62,396 nucleotides of DNA from Verrucomicrobia bacterium UBA1183 (lineage in GTDB: Bacteria > Verrucomicrobiota > Verrucomicrobiia > Opitutales > UBA9783). Below, one piece after another: positions 35,600 to 45,388 of the stretch. The position numbers and the translations under genes are program-made. Each line of letters starts with the position of its first letter. The first letter of the stretch is position 1. Under the pieces are notes generated by a model. It was not told the DNA's origin. It did no database searches and saw only the letters and a program-made list of their open reading frames with translations. The stretch covers positions 1 through 62,396 of the forward strand of contig DBYP01000012.1 in assembly GCA_002309885.1 (NCBI GenBank), written 5' to 3'.

Positions 35600-36490
35600 T
35601 TAACCGCAAACTTTCCCCATAAAATCGCCTACGTGCGCATAAAGCTCAATACCTTGCTGAGAAAAATGCAATAAATCTTCTGCAAGGGCAATACGTTTGT
35701 ATTGGAATAAAGTGATGACGGTCGAACCACCAAAAGCAAAATAGCCCTTTTCTTCCCCAGCAACAATCGGTTTCCCTGGGATATACGTCTGTTGGATACT
35801 GCCGACGCAGGTTGCGCCCACTTCAAGCAGCGCGATTTTACCAAAAACTTCTGAATCCAAAATTGTGATACAACGTTTGTTTTCTCCCAAAATTTTTAAA
35901 GATTTTGCCAAAGCCAGCGGATGAACCGAAAACAATGATCCGTTTATTGGCTGAGATTTCTGAGGAATTCCGCTGCATGGGAAATGGAAACGGTGATAAT
36001 CCACAGGAGCCAAACGACTGATTACACAAGAACCTCCTTGGAAGTATTCCGCTAAAACTTGACTTCCCAATAGGGTACTGAGATTAAATTTACTACCTTT
36101 GATAAAAAAGTTTTGTACAGTATCAATATTTTGGAAACCCAAATGGCGTGCGTCTGCCGGGAAGCAAGCACTGTGCATGTCCGTATTAAAAGTACGCGCT
36201 CCCGGCTTCAATTTGCGGCAAAAAAAATTATTGAAGTTTTCATAGTCTTCTGGCGCTTTTTCAAACTCAGTTACGTCAATGTGGTACGTTTCGCAAAAAG
36301 GTACGATACGTTTTTTAGAACTGGGTCGGTTCATAAAGAATCCGATACAACGCGATACCCAGACACGCTTGAAAAATAGATGCAATAAGATACGTCCCAA
36401 GCAAGTTTTATATAAAAAGCTCAACCATTGTGCGCAAGGGGTGTGTTCTGTTTCCAATTTTTGACTGTAGCGATTGAAAATCTCCATCAA
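35600..36490 (-). CDS. psd: phosphatidylserine decarboxylase proenzyme
   Basis: LAPVDYHRFHFP and the self-cleavage region GYFAFGGSTVI (G-S-T), 296 aa. Confidence 0.85.
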   Translation of the reverse strand: MMEIFNRYSQKLETEHTPCAQWLSFLYKTCLGRILLHLFFKRVWVSRCIGFFMNRPSSKKRIVPFCETYHIDVTEFEKAPEDYENFNNFFCRKLKPGARTFNTDMHSACFPADARHLGFQNIDTVQNFFIKGSKFNLSTLLGSQVLAEYFQGGSCVISRLAPVDYHRFHFPCSGIPQKSQPINGSLFSVHPLALAKSLKILGENKRCITILDSEVFGKIALLEVGATCVGSIQQTYIPGKPIVAGEEKGYFAFGGSTVITLFQYKRIALAEDLLHFSQQGIELYAHVGDFMGKVCG

Positions 36491-38025
36491 TTCCTCCGTA
36501 TTTTATAGGTAAACTTTTTTTCAAATCGTCGCGCTAACCGAATGAAAGGAAATCCTAACATCAGATAAAATGCGGCAACGATCAGTCCCGTTTCGAAATA
36601 GTTGAAATGGGTCGCGGCCAAACACTGGTAAGTCCGAGTTAATTCAACAATCGTAATCATTGAAACCAACGATGAATCCTGCAAAAGCATGATAAAATCA
36701 TTCGTTACCGGCGGGATTACCGTACGAATCGCTTGTGGAAAGATGACATACCACAAAGCTTGAATGTGCGACATTCCCAAGGCACGTGCGGCTTCCATTT
36801 GCCCTGTGGGTACCGCTAACAATCCCGCTCGATAAATTTCAGATTCATAAGCGGAGTAATTGATGGCCAATGCCAATACACCCGCTACGAAGGGGCTTAA
36901 GCAAACCCAATGCGCAAAAGGTTCGGGTAATTTCGGTGCCAATGTCGGTAATCCATAAAAAATGAGTAGTAACTGTATCAACAACGGCGTTCCTCGGACA
37001 CATTCCACGTATACTGAAACCAACCAGCGCACCCAACCGGCGCCATAAGTTCTTAAAACCGCCAAAGGGAATCCCATCAAAAGAGCCAATGCCATAGCTG
37101 TCAGAGAAAGTTTCAGGGTCATCCATGCAGCTTTAGCGAAAACCGTTATGCAGGTTAAATAAAAATGATGCGGTTGATTTTGCGAAGCCTGAACGGAAGC
37201 GATGTAGTGATCTAAGGCTGTCGCTGGCGTTTTAGATTTCAAATCCGTATGATAATAAGCTGCAGTTTCGGCATTCCATAAACCCCAGTTCTCCAAAATT
37301 TTCCGAAATGTTCCGTCTTGTTTCGCTTGCTCAATAATTTCGTTGATGGCTTTCAATAGCGTCGTATCTTCCGAACGCACCATAACCGCATATTCTAAGC
37401 GCGAAATGGGTTCTTCAACCAAGCGAACTTCCTTATCAACCGCCGCATAATAATACGATTCAGGATGATCCAATAACACACCATCTAGGCGTTTGTTTTT
37501 CAGATCCGCATAAGCTTTAACCTCATCATCATAGATAACGATTTGCGTGGAATCAAAACGTTTGAGGGCCTTCTCAGCATGCCAAGACTGTTTCAAAATA
37601 CCGATTTTCTTCCCTTCGCAATCTGAAAAATACCGCATATAGTCGTTATTCTTCATAACAACCAACTGTAAATGCGTTATGTAATAGGGAATGGATAACG
37701 CAACATTTGCCTTATGAGTCAACAATTGCCAAGAATTATACTCGATGGCATTCAGCAAAATATCGTACTGCTTACGCTGCAATCCCGGAACCAACATCTC
37801 CCAATCATTGGGGAAGAATTGCAGTTTTTTACCCAGCCTTTGTGCGATAACTTCTGCGATATCATATTCAAATCCCGTAATTTTATTGGGATCCTCGGGA
37901 GAGAAAAAAACATTGGGAACTCCCGATTCCGCATCTGCTGCCCAACGCAACATATCCTCTTCATTCGCTCGAAGATTTAGCGAGAAGATTACAAAAGCTA
38001 TTGAGCAAAAAAATCTTTTCATCAC
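36487..38025 (-). CDS. amino-acid ABC transporter, fused periplasmic-binding and permease protein
   Basis: The N-terminal half is SBP_bac_3-like (ITGFEYDIAEVIAQRLGKKLQF...DILLNAI). The C-terminal half is a HisM/GlnP-type permease (VECVRGTPLLIQLLLIFYGLP). Confidence 0.85.
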   Translation of the reverse strand: MMKRFFCSIAFVIFSLNLRANEEDMLRWAADAESGVPNVFFSPEDPNKITGFEYDIAEVIAQRLGKKLQFFPNDWEMLVPGLQRKQYDILLNAIEYNSWQLLTHKANVALSIPYYITHLQLVVMKNNDYMRYFSDCEGKKIGILKQSWHAEKALKRFDSTQIVIYDDEVKAYADLKNKRLDGVLLDHPESYYYAAVDKEVRLVEEPISRLEYAVMVRSEDTTLLKAINEIIEQAKQDGTFRKILENWGLWNAETAAYYHTDLKSKTPATALDHYIASVQASQNQPHHFYLTCITVFAKAAWMTLKLSLTAMALALLMGFPLAVLRTYGAGWVRWLVSVYVECVRGTPLLIQLLLIFYGLPTLAPKLPEPFAHWVCLSPFVAGVLALAINYSAYESEIYRAGLLAVPTGQMEAARALGMSHIQALWYVIFPQAIRTVIPPVTNDFIMLLQDSSLVSMITIVELTRTYQCLAATHFNYFETGLIVAAFYLMLGFPFIRLARRFEKKFTYKIRRN

Positions 38026-38792
38026 ATAAAATTCTTTAAAAATTGCCGTGTTCGTTCATCTTTCGGTGCGATAAAAATTTCATCTTCATCGGAAATCTCG
38101 ATAAATTCACCCTGTTCCATGTAAATGATATAATCCGAAGCGTCTTTCGCAAAGCGCATTTCGTGAGTTACGATAATTTGTGTCATGCCTTCTTTATCCA
38201 AATCTCGCATAACCTCCAAAACTTCATCCACACGCGCGGGATCGATTGCCGATGTGGGTTCATCGTAAAGCATTACTTTGGGCGATAAAGCCAGTGCGCG
38301 CGCAATAGCCCCACGTTGCTGCTGTCCTCCCGATAAATAGGCCGGATAGCGATGCGCAAAGAGTTTCAAACCAACTTTTTCCAGAAATTTTAACGAAATA
38401 TCTTCCGCTTCCTCCTTGGTTTTATGCTGAACAATCATGGGAGCCAACATCACGTTCTGCAGCAAGGTCTTGTGCGGAAACAAATTGAACGATTGAAAAA
38501 CCATACCCACATGCTGCCGCAATTCGTGCGCTTTTTTATTAAAATTGCGACTTAGCGGGGTCGTCGAAGTTTTCCGAGAAAGTGTGACCCCATCGATTTG
38601 AATTAAGCCAGAATCTAGAATCTCCATGCCGTTCAAACAGCGCAAAAACGTCGATTTCCCACACCCCGATGGGCCAATAATCGAAACCAAATCACCCTCC
38701 TCTATGTTAACACTAATCGCCTTAAGAATGGGTTCTTGGTGATAATACTTGCTTAAATCCTTAACCTGAATCAGCGGCTGCTTAATTTCCAT
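38022..38792 (-). CDS. amino-acid ABC transporter ATP-binding protein
   Basis: Walker A GPSGCGKST, signature LSGGQQQRGAIARAL, Walker B VMLYDEPTSAIDP. Overlaps the permease gene by 4 nt. Confidence 0.9.
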   Translation of the reverse strand: MEIKQPLIQVKDLSKYYHQEPILKAISVNIEEGDLVSIIGPSGCGKSTFLRCLNGMEILDSGLIQIDGVTLSRKTSTTPLSRNFNKKAHELRQHVGMVFQSFNLFPHKTLLQNVMLAPMIVQHKTKEEAEDISLKFLEKVGLKLFAHRYPAYLSGGQQQRGAIARALALSPKVMLYDEPTSAIDPARVDEVLEVMRDLDKEGMTQIIVTHEMRFAKDASDYIIYMEQGEFIEISDEDEIFIAPKDERTRQFLKNFM

Positions 38793-38840
38793 AGACGTTC
38801 GCCCCGGGCATCTCCTACATTTATCCTACTTCGTAAAACC

Positions 38841-38916
38841 TGGAGCGAGCGAGGGGATTCGGACCCCCGACGTCCACCTTGGCAAGGTGGTGCTCTACCA
38901 TCTGAGCTACGCTCGC
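38841..38916 (-). tRNA. tRNA-Gly (GCC), CCA encoded
   Basis: The minus strand reads GCGAGCG TA GCTC AGATGGT AGAGC A CCACC TTGCCAA GGTGG ACGTC GGGGG TCCGAAT CCCCT CGCTCGC T CCA. This folds as a full cloverleaf of 76 nt. Confidence 0.93.
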
Positions 38917-39214
38917 AATCAATACGTTAACCACTGTGCAACCTTTTTAAAAACCTGTCAAGCGTTTTTGTGAAAAAAGTTGGAAAATCTGCATTCTACA
39001 GAGTTAACGGATTACATCATCCGTATTTTATGGAACATCGATTTGGTTCTTCTCTAATACGAACAAAATTCGCCGAAAAATCTATAATCGCAAATATTCA
39101 AAGGAATCCTGATATAAAAAACCACAAAAAGCTTTACTTTTATCAACAAAAAATCATCATAAATACTATGCAATCGAAGAATACTAAAAGGGGACGTATA
39201 AAACAAGACAGATT

Positions 39215-40411
39215 ATGAAAGTTCCGTATTTTGTTCCATCAGTTGACGAAAACGATCTCGCCAGTGTGCAGCGCGTTATGAATTCAGGTTGGTTAACGAC
39301 GGGGCTGGAAGTAAAAAACTTCGAAGCTGCTTTCTCGGACTATATAGGTAGCAAATTTTGTATAGCGGTTAATTCTGCAACCGCTGCGCTCCATTTATCG
39401 GTTTTAGCAAGCAATATAAAAGCTGGGGATTCTGTTTTGGTTCCGACCATGACATTTGCTTCAACGGCAGAAGTTCTGTATTATTGCGGAGTAAAACCCA
39501 TACTTGTAGACTGTAATTTAAAGGATTTGACTTTAGATCTAACCGATGCTGAAAGGAAATTGCAATCTGCTCAAAAAGAGGGTGCCCACGTAACTGGGAT
39601 AATGCCTGTCCATTATGCGGGGAAGATGGTAGATATGGATATCGTGGAAGATTTTGCAGATCGTCATCACTTGGAAATTATCGAAGATGCCGCTCATTGC
39701 ATGAATTCACAGTATTTTTCCAAAAAATACGATCAATGGCTAAATAAGAGCAAGAAGAGTTTAACGCAGTGCTATTCTTTTTATTGCAATAAGTGCATTA
39801 CAACTTGCGGCGAAGGTGGCATGATCTGCACCGATTCAGAAGAAATCGCCCATACGACTAAAAGTCTTTCTTTGCATGGACTTTCGACAGATGCTTGGAA
39901 TAGGTTCAGTTCTAAGGGAAATTCTTTTTACGATATTTCCCAAAATGGCTACAAATACAATTTAACGGATGTTGCGGCATCCATGGGATGTTCTCAGCTC
40001 AAAAAGGCAGAATTGTTGAAAAATAAAAGAGCCAAAGCGGTTAATTTATACCGAGAATTATTGCAAAAGCATCCGTTTATACACCTATTGGATGATGACC
40101 CCGAAAGGTTTAAATCATCGCACCATTTACTTGTTATTAGATACGAACAACCCGATACGTTACATCCGTCACGAGATCAGCTTTTGCAGGCATTGAAAGA
40201 ATGTGAAATAACTCCCAGTGTTCATTGGAAACCGCTTCACTTACATTCTTTTTATAAAAAACAAGGTTTTGAATCCGAAGACTTTCCAAATGCCACACGT
40301 GCCTTTGAAGAGATCATCAGTTTGCCACTTTTCCCAGATATTACGGAAGAACAAATCGTTTACGTCGTAAACACGCTGAATAAACTATTGCATGTTGAAA
40401 AGAAGTTTTGA
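39215..40411 (+). CDS. DegT/DnrJ/EryC1/StrS-family PLP-dependent sugar aminotransferase
   Basis: VMNSGWLTTGLEVKNFEAAFSDYIGSKFCIAVNSATAALHL and SFYCNKCITTCGEGGMI (PLP lysine) match the family pattern. Confidence 0.85.
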   Translation: MKVPYFVPSVDENDLASVQRVMNSGWLTTGLEVKNFEAAFSDYIGSKFCIAVNSATAALHLSVLASNIKAGDSVLVPTMTFASTAEVLYYCGVKPILVDCNLKDLTLDLTDAERKLQSAQKEGAHVTGIMPVHYAGKMVDMDIVEDFADRHHLEIIEDAAHCMNSQYFSKKYDQWLNKSKKSLTQCYSFYCNKCITTCGEGGMICTDSEEIAHTTKSLSLHGLSTDAWNRFSSKGNSFYDISQNGYKYNLTDVAASMGCSQLKKAELLKNKRAKAVNLYRELLQKHPFIHLLDDDPERFKSSHHLLVIRYEQPDTLHPSRDQLLQALKECEITPSVHWKPLHLHSFYKKQGFESEDFPNATRAFEEIISLPLFPDITEEQIVYVVNTLNKLLHVEKKF

Positions 40412-40982
40412 TATTGTTGCCAGTTTTCTTGGCTTGATCATAATTTGTCCGATTCTTACCTGTACCGCTTTGGCAATAGCGCTGAAAGATGGTTTCCCGA
40501 TTTTTTTCAAACAAAAACGAGTTGGAAAGAATGGCAAAACATTTTACCTATATAAGTTCCGTACAATGGTTAAATCCGTCGATTCTGATCGTCGGTTATC
40601 AAGCCAATCCGATACGCGCGTAACATCTTTGGGAAGGCTATTAAGATATTATAAATTGGATGAATTACCTCAATTATTAAACGTACTGAAGGGTGAGATG
40701 AGTTTTGTAGGGTATCGTCCAGAGATTCCTTATTTTGTCGAAAAATATAATGAATCACAAAAACAAATACTTGCCTATAAACCCGGCATTGTAGATCCAG
40801 CAACTCTAAAGTTCAGCCGTTTTGAGAACGAACTTCTGGCCAATTCAAAAGATGTTGAAAAAGATTATCTCGAAAAAATTTTACCTGTAAAGCTCAACAT
40901 AAGTCTAAATTACGCAAAAAATGCAAGTTTTTTTAAGGACATGCAGTATCTTTGGAAATGTTTTGTGCATCTGTTAAAATAA
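40392..40982 (+). CDS. undecaprenyl-phosphate sugar phosphotransferase (bacterial sugar transferase, PglC/WbaP C-domain type)
   Basis: FFKQKRVGKNGKTFYLYKFRTM and LDELPQLLNVLKGEMSFVGYRPE are the family hallmarks. Overlaps the aminotransferase gene. Confidence 0.88.
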   Translation: MLKRSFDIVASFLGLIIICPILTCTALAIALKDGFPIFFKQKRVGKNGKTFYLYKFRTMVKSVDSDRRLSSQSDTRVTSLGRLLRYYKLDELPQLLNVLKGEMSFVGYRPEIPYFVEKYNESQKQILAYKPGIVDPATLKFSRFENELLANSKDVEKDYLEKILPVKLNISLNYAKNASFFKDMQYLWKCFVHLLK

Positions 40983-41104
40983 CATCTTCACAGCATACAT
41001 TTACTTTTTAATCTCCCCCTATAATCCATTATTGAGAGTAATTTAGTAGGTAGTGCTGTCGAAGTGTGGACGACGTGAAAAGCACCGCGGCCGCTTATAA
41101 ACCT

Positions 41105-42724
41105 CTATATTTCGCTCAAAACTTGCGGTAAGGAACATCGGAAGTGGTGATGTTTCGAGTCATCTTCCAGACGAGATTTAAGCATTCTTGAGCAAACCAA
41201 CTCATTAGCTTCGCAGAATACAACTTTGATGCCCTTAGCGTTTGAAGAAGCTTCAAAGGAACGTAATGAATCAATGGCGCTGACATCCACGAAGGGAACG
41301 TGTTTCAAACGTATAATAATCGTATGAATATCTTTGTTGACTTGAGCCAATTTAGATTGAAACGTTTCGATGGATCCAAAGAAGAACGGGCCCTCGATGG
41401 AATAAATGCCAACATCTTGAGGTACATCCACACGAATTTGTTCCTGGATTAAAGTTTCGTTAGAATTATGCTCAATTTGAACCGTTTTGGACATCCGTCG
41501 CATAAAGAACAAGGTAGCAAATACAACACCGATGTTGACGGCGACCACCAAATCTACGAAAATTGTCAGCAGGAACGTAACGATGAGCACAAAAACGTCG
41601 GATTTAGGCGCCGTAAATAATATTCTAAAAAAGCGTCGATAGTCGCTCATATTATAAGCAACAACGAACAAAATTGCAGAAAGCACAACGATGGGGATGT
41701 TGACCGCAAACGGAGAGAGTACAAGTATAAACAGAATAATCGTTGCACAGTGAATGATGCCAGCGACAGGAGAATTGCCTCCACTTTTGATATTAGCCGC
41801 GGTTCGAGCGATAGCGCCGGTTGCGGCAAAACCTCCGAAAAGAGGCGAAAAGATGTTCGCAATGCCTTGCCCGATCAGCTCTTGATTGGAATTATGGTGT
41901 GTACCTATCATGGTGTCAGCAACTGCAGCCGAAAGCAGTGATTCTATAGCTCCCAATAGCGCAATCGTAAACGCCGGACTTATAAGTTCGGAAGCCAATT
42001 CCCAAGAGGCTTTGGGGAAATGAAAAGAAGGCAATGTTTGCGGAATGCCTCCAAACGCAGATCCGATGGTTGCAACCGTTTCAAAATGAAAGTAGCCCTG
42101 TGCAAAACTTGCCAGTATCAATGCTAACAGAAATCCCGGAACCGATTTCAAAAATTTGTTGCAAAACAATATAATACATAGGCTTGTTATCCCCATGAAT
42201 GTGGTGGTTGCATCTAAAGTTGGAAAAGCGGAAAGCAAATCCGCAAGCTTTTGTTGTAGTGAAGAGCCATGGAAATGGACATTCAGGCCAAAGAAATCTT
42301 TCCATTGTCCAATCCAAATTGTAAGTGCTACACCAGAGGTAAAGCCTACGATAACGGGCTCTGGTATGTATTTTATGATAGAACCCAACCGAAAAAGTCC
42401 CATGAACAACAAAAAAACACCTGCCATGAGCGTTGCCAATTGCAGGCCAGTAAAACCGTACTTTTGAGTAATAGAGCATAATATAACCACAAAAGCGCCT
42501 GTAGGCCCTGCAATCTGAACACGACTTCCGCCGAAAACCGAAACACAAAACCCAGCAATAATGGATGTATATAATCCGTTTTCAGGCGCAACCCCAGAAG
42601 CAATCGCAAACGCCATCCCCAAAGGGAGTGCGATAACTCCAACAATAATTCCCGGCAAAATGTTCGAAAGAATATTCTCTTTGCGCAACAACCCGCCTTT
42701 TGCAGATTCTACAAATGCAAACAT
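41105..42724 (-). CDS. SulP-family sulfate/anion transporter with C-terminal STAS domain
   Basis: 539 aa, multi-TM. Has GLYTSIIAGFCVSVFGGSRVQIAGPTGAF and a STAS-like tail (YSIEGPFFFGSIETF...IIRLKHVPFVDVSAIDSL). Confidence 0.88.
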   Translation of the reverse strand: MFAFVESAKGGLLRKENILSNILPGIIVGVIALPLGMAFAIASGVAPENGLYTSIIAGFCVSVFGGSRVQIAGPTGAFVVILCSITQKYGFTGLQLATLMAGVFLLFMGLFRLGSIIKYIPEPVIVGFTSGVALTIWIGQWKDFFGLNVHFHGSSLQQKLADLLSAFPTLDATTTFMGITSLCIILFCNKFLKSVPGFLLALILASFAQGYFHFETVATIGSAFGGIPQTLPSFHFPKASWELASELISPAFTIALLGAIESLLSAAVADTMIGTHHNSNQELIGQGIANIFSPLFGGFAATGAIARTAANIKSGGNSPVAGIIHCATIILFILVLSPFAVNIPIVVLSAILFVVAYNMSDYRRFFRILFTAPKSDVFVLIVTFLLTIFVDLVVAVNIGVVFATLFFMRRMSKTVQIEHNSNETLIQEQIRVDVPQDVGIYSIEGPFFFGSIETFQSKLAQVNKDIHTIIIRLKHVPFVDVSAIDSLRSFEASSNAKGIKVVFCEANELVCSRMLKSRLEDDSKHHHFRCSLPQVLSEI

Positions 42725-42884
42725 ACAACCCTTTTTAACAATGACTTACTTATATAAATCGGCAGATATTGCCTCACGGTCAAGAATTATTGTAAGTTTT
42801 TTGAAAAATTTTATGTGATAAAAACAAAAAACAGGATTTTTAAGACGGAAGTCGTAAAGGAATAGGTACTTAAGGGTAGAACTT

Positions 42885-43048
42885 ATGGATATCTTTGCTT
42901 TACGTCAAATAAAAGCTATTTACCCCACAGCATACCTCGCGGATTGCCGACAAAAAATTAACACTAGACCTAGAAAATGCTTGGGCTTCGCATCCCCTGC
43001 TTCGCGGTTCTTTTTCGAGCTTAGCAGTTGCACTTCAAAGTTGAACTT
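42885..43048 (+). mobile_element. IS30 3'-end fragment (transposase C-terminus plus terminal repeat)
   Basis: ORF 42885..43073 encodes ...YPTAYLADCRQKINTRPRKCLGFASPASRFF, matching the C-terminus of the ORF at 20439. The terminal repeat GTTGCACTTCAAAGTTGAA is at 43027-43045. Confidence 0.8.
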
Positions 43049-43199
43049 ACACAAGGATACATTTTCTGCTTGACAAGAATTATTTTAGGGGCACAATTAT
43101 ATCTAATATATGCGACAAAAGTTGTTTAAGTTTATCCTATTGTTTGTGGCTTTAGGGTATAATTTGTTCGGTTGATTCTAGCCGAATTTTTATTAGAAC

Positions 43200-43985
43200 A
43201 TGGGTGATTTTCTATTATCCATCGAGAACTTGGGTGTTTCTTATCCTGGCACGGTTGGGCTTTTTTCAAATAAACGAATTCCAATACTGAAGGATATAAG
43301 CTTGAGCGTGAAGAAAGGGGAAACCCTGGGTATTGTTGGAGAGAGCGGGAGCGGGAAAACGACCTTGGGACGATCTATTGTCCGGTTGATTCCTATCGAT
43401 ATGGGGCGTATTTCTTTTGAACATTGCTGTATTTCGGAGCTTAGCGAAGATGCATTTTTACCCTACCGACGAAAGATTCAGATGGTTTTCCAGGATCCAT
43501 TCGATTCATTAAATCCGAAGATGACCATCGAACAAATTTTGGAAGAACCTTTGGCAATTCATTTCCCGCAATTGTCGAGGTTTAAACGCCGTCGTCGTAT
43601 GTTAAATCTGTTGGATCGAGTGAAATTGCCCAAAACATATTTAAAACACTATCCCGATGCTTTGAGCGGTGGGCAACGACAGCGTATCGGTATCGCACGT
43701 GCGTTGGCAGTTGAACCGGAAATTTTGATATGCGATGAGCCCGTAAGCGCTTTAGATGTCTCAATTCAGGCGGCAATCATGAATTTGCTAAAAGATTTAC
43801 AGGCAGAATTGAAATTAACGTACCTGTTTATTTCACATGATATGGCGATTGTACGTTATATCAGTGATGCCGTTGCCGTTATGCAGAATGGACGTATCAT
43901 TGAACAGGGATCTGTAGAATCTATTTACAAAAATCCCCGCAAAGACTATACAAAACAATTATTAGCGGCTGTGCCAAGATTGTAG
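43200..43985 (+). CDS. oligopeptide/dipeptide-type ABC transporter ATP-binding protein (OppF/DppF-like), orphan in this window
   Basis: GESGSGKTT, FQDPFDSLNPKMTI, LSGGQRQRIGIARAL and ILICDEPVSALD are present. No cognate permease or binding protein is nearby. Confidence 0.85.
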   Translation: MGDFLLSIENLGVSYPGTVGLFSNKRIPILKDISLSVKKGETLGIVGESGSGKTTLGRSIVRLIPIDMGRISFEHCCISELSEDAFLPYRRKIQMVFQDPFDSLNPKMTIEQILEEPLAIHFPQLSRFKRRRRMLNLLDRVKLPKTYLKHYPDALSGGQRQRIGIARALAVEPEILICDEPVSALDVSIQAAIMNLLKDLQAELKLTYLFISHDMAIVRYISDAVAVMQNGRIIEQGSVESIYKNPRKDYTKQLLAAVPRL

Positions 43986-44040
43986 GGAAATTTACGGGCT
44001 AAAAAAATCCTAAAATTAAAGTAAGTTAAAATTTTGAGAG

Positions 44041-44160
44041 ATTTTTTGCAAAAAATCCCTCAACCCCCCTTAAAAGCAGGGCAGAGGTTCTGCATGCAAC
44101 ATTGTGGCAAAATTAATGAACGTTTTTGAGGGGTTAAGGGAATTTTTTTAAAAAGTTTCC
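44041..44160. repeat. ~120-bp palindromic intergenic repeat, copy 1
   Basis: TTTTTGCAAAAAATCCCTCAACCCCCCTTAAAAGCAGGGCAGAGGTTCTGCATGCAACATTGTGGCAAAATTAATGAACGTTTTTGAGGGGTTAAGGGAATTTTTTTAAAAAGTT has a related copy at 56133-56262. The outer arms are self-complementary. Confidence 0.65.
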
Positions 44161-44164
44161 TTGA

Positions 44165-45376
44165 CTATATCTTTATCGAGCTGCTGAACTGCATAACGCT
44201 AGAGACAATGCCTAGAGCCAAGACGCCGACCATAAAGAAGGCAAAACCCAAAGCACCCGAGGTTATAAGACCGGTTAAGCGATTAAATTTGGTGTCGAGA
44301 TCTTGATTGTGCAAACGATAGACCTCTTGGAAACTGGAAGACATATTGCCGGTATTTTCTCCGACGACCAATATGTCCATAGCTAATTCCGTAAATAACG
44401 ACAAACCTTTCACTTTAAAAGCGGTGGTCAGTGCAACACCATCGTTGATTTTACCGCGCGCTTCTTGGTACTGTTGCCGAAAATACAAATTGTGGATGGA
44501 ACGCTCTGTCAGACGCATCGCTTCGGTCAAATTGACACCGCTTCCCAATAGGGTAGAGAGCAGATTGGAAACACGGCAAATTTCTGTGTAACGCACAATA
44601 CTCCCAATAAAAGGGATTTTCAGCAAAAACATATCGGTTTTAAGGACGCCGGATTCGGAACGCTTTCGCCATTGATTTATTCCGAAAGTTAGCCCCAATG
44701 TGCCCACGATGGCCACCGGCAAACCATACAGTAAGGCATTAGAGCAGCCGATAAGTATGCGTGCTGGCAGGGTCATGGTTCCTCCCATGGCGGTCAACAT
44801 GCTTTCGATGCGTGGTAAAAGGAAGAAGAGGAAGAAAATGACCACGAAAATGGCGACACAAGAGACCACAACGGGGTAAGTCATACCCGAAATGATTTTC
44901 TTTTTCAAGTGTTCTCGTTCGGTAAGAAGCCGTATAATTTCCGATAGAACAGGTGCCAAATTTCCGGTAACTTCTGCAGCTTCAATGGGGTAAACGATAT
45001 CATCGCCAAACACATTGGGGTAACTTTTCATCGCAGAAGCCAAGCTCTTACCTTCGCTCAAATCGCGCCATAGAACCACGGCTAAATCTTTCAACTTCGG
45101 ATCTTGCAAACGCGTTTGTAATACTTTGAGCGTATCTCCCAAAGGCATTCCGGCACCATGCAACTGCACCAGGCGTTGTAAAAAGGGTAGGGCAACCTTT
45201 GCGTTGAGCTTTTTTACATTATCGACGACACTGTTTGAATTATCGCGTCCAACAAGCGTTAAAATAGAAACTTGAATGCCTTGGCGATTCAGCAACGTAA
45301 TCGCTTTGCTTTTGCTGTCAGCAAAAATAAACCCCTCTTTGCTACTACCGGCTACCTTGTACTTGAATTTCAGCAT
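44165..45376 (-). CDS. gspF: type II secretion system inner-membrane platform protein F
   Basis: 403 aa with two GspF-type repeats and 3 TM segments, lying directly downstream of the GspE-like ATPase. Confidence 0.85.
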   Translation of the reverse strand: MLKFKYKVAGSSKEGFIFADSKSKAITLLNRQGIQVSILTLVGRDNSNSVVDNVKKLNAKVALPFLQRLVQLHGAGMPLGDTLKVLQTRLQDPKLKDLAVVLWRDLSEGKSLASAMKSYPNVFGDDIVYPIEAAEVTGNLAPVLSEIIRLLTEREHLKKKIISGMTYPVVVSCVAIFVVIFFLFFLLPRIESMLTAMGGTMTLPARILIGCSNALLYGLPVAIVGTLGLTFGINQWRKRSESGVLKTDMFLLKIPFIGSIVRYTEICRVSNLLSTLLGSGVNLTEAMRLTERSIHNLYFRQQYQEARGKINDGVALTTAFKVKGLSLFTELAMDILVVGENTGNMSSSFQEVYRLHNQDLDTKFNRLTGLITSGALGFAFFMVGVLALGIVSSVMQFSSSIKI

Positions 45377-45388
45377 ATTTCAAGCTTT

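Noticed and set aside
38970-39218. 82-aa ORF between tRNA-Gly and the DegT-family gene
   Set aside because: Lys/Ile-rich low-complexity translation with a GTG start and no motif. It occupies what is more likely the promoter and leader of the aminotransferase operon.
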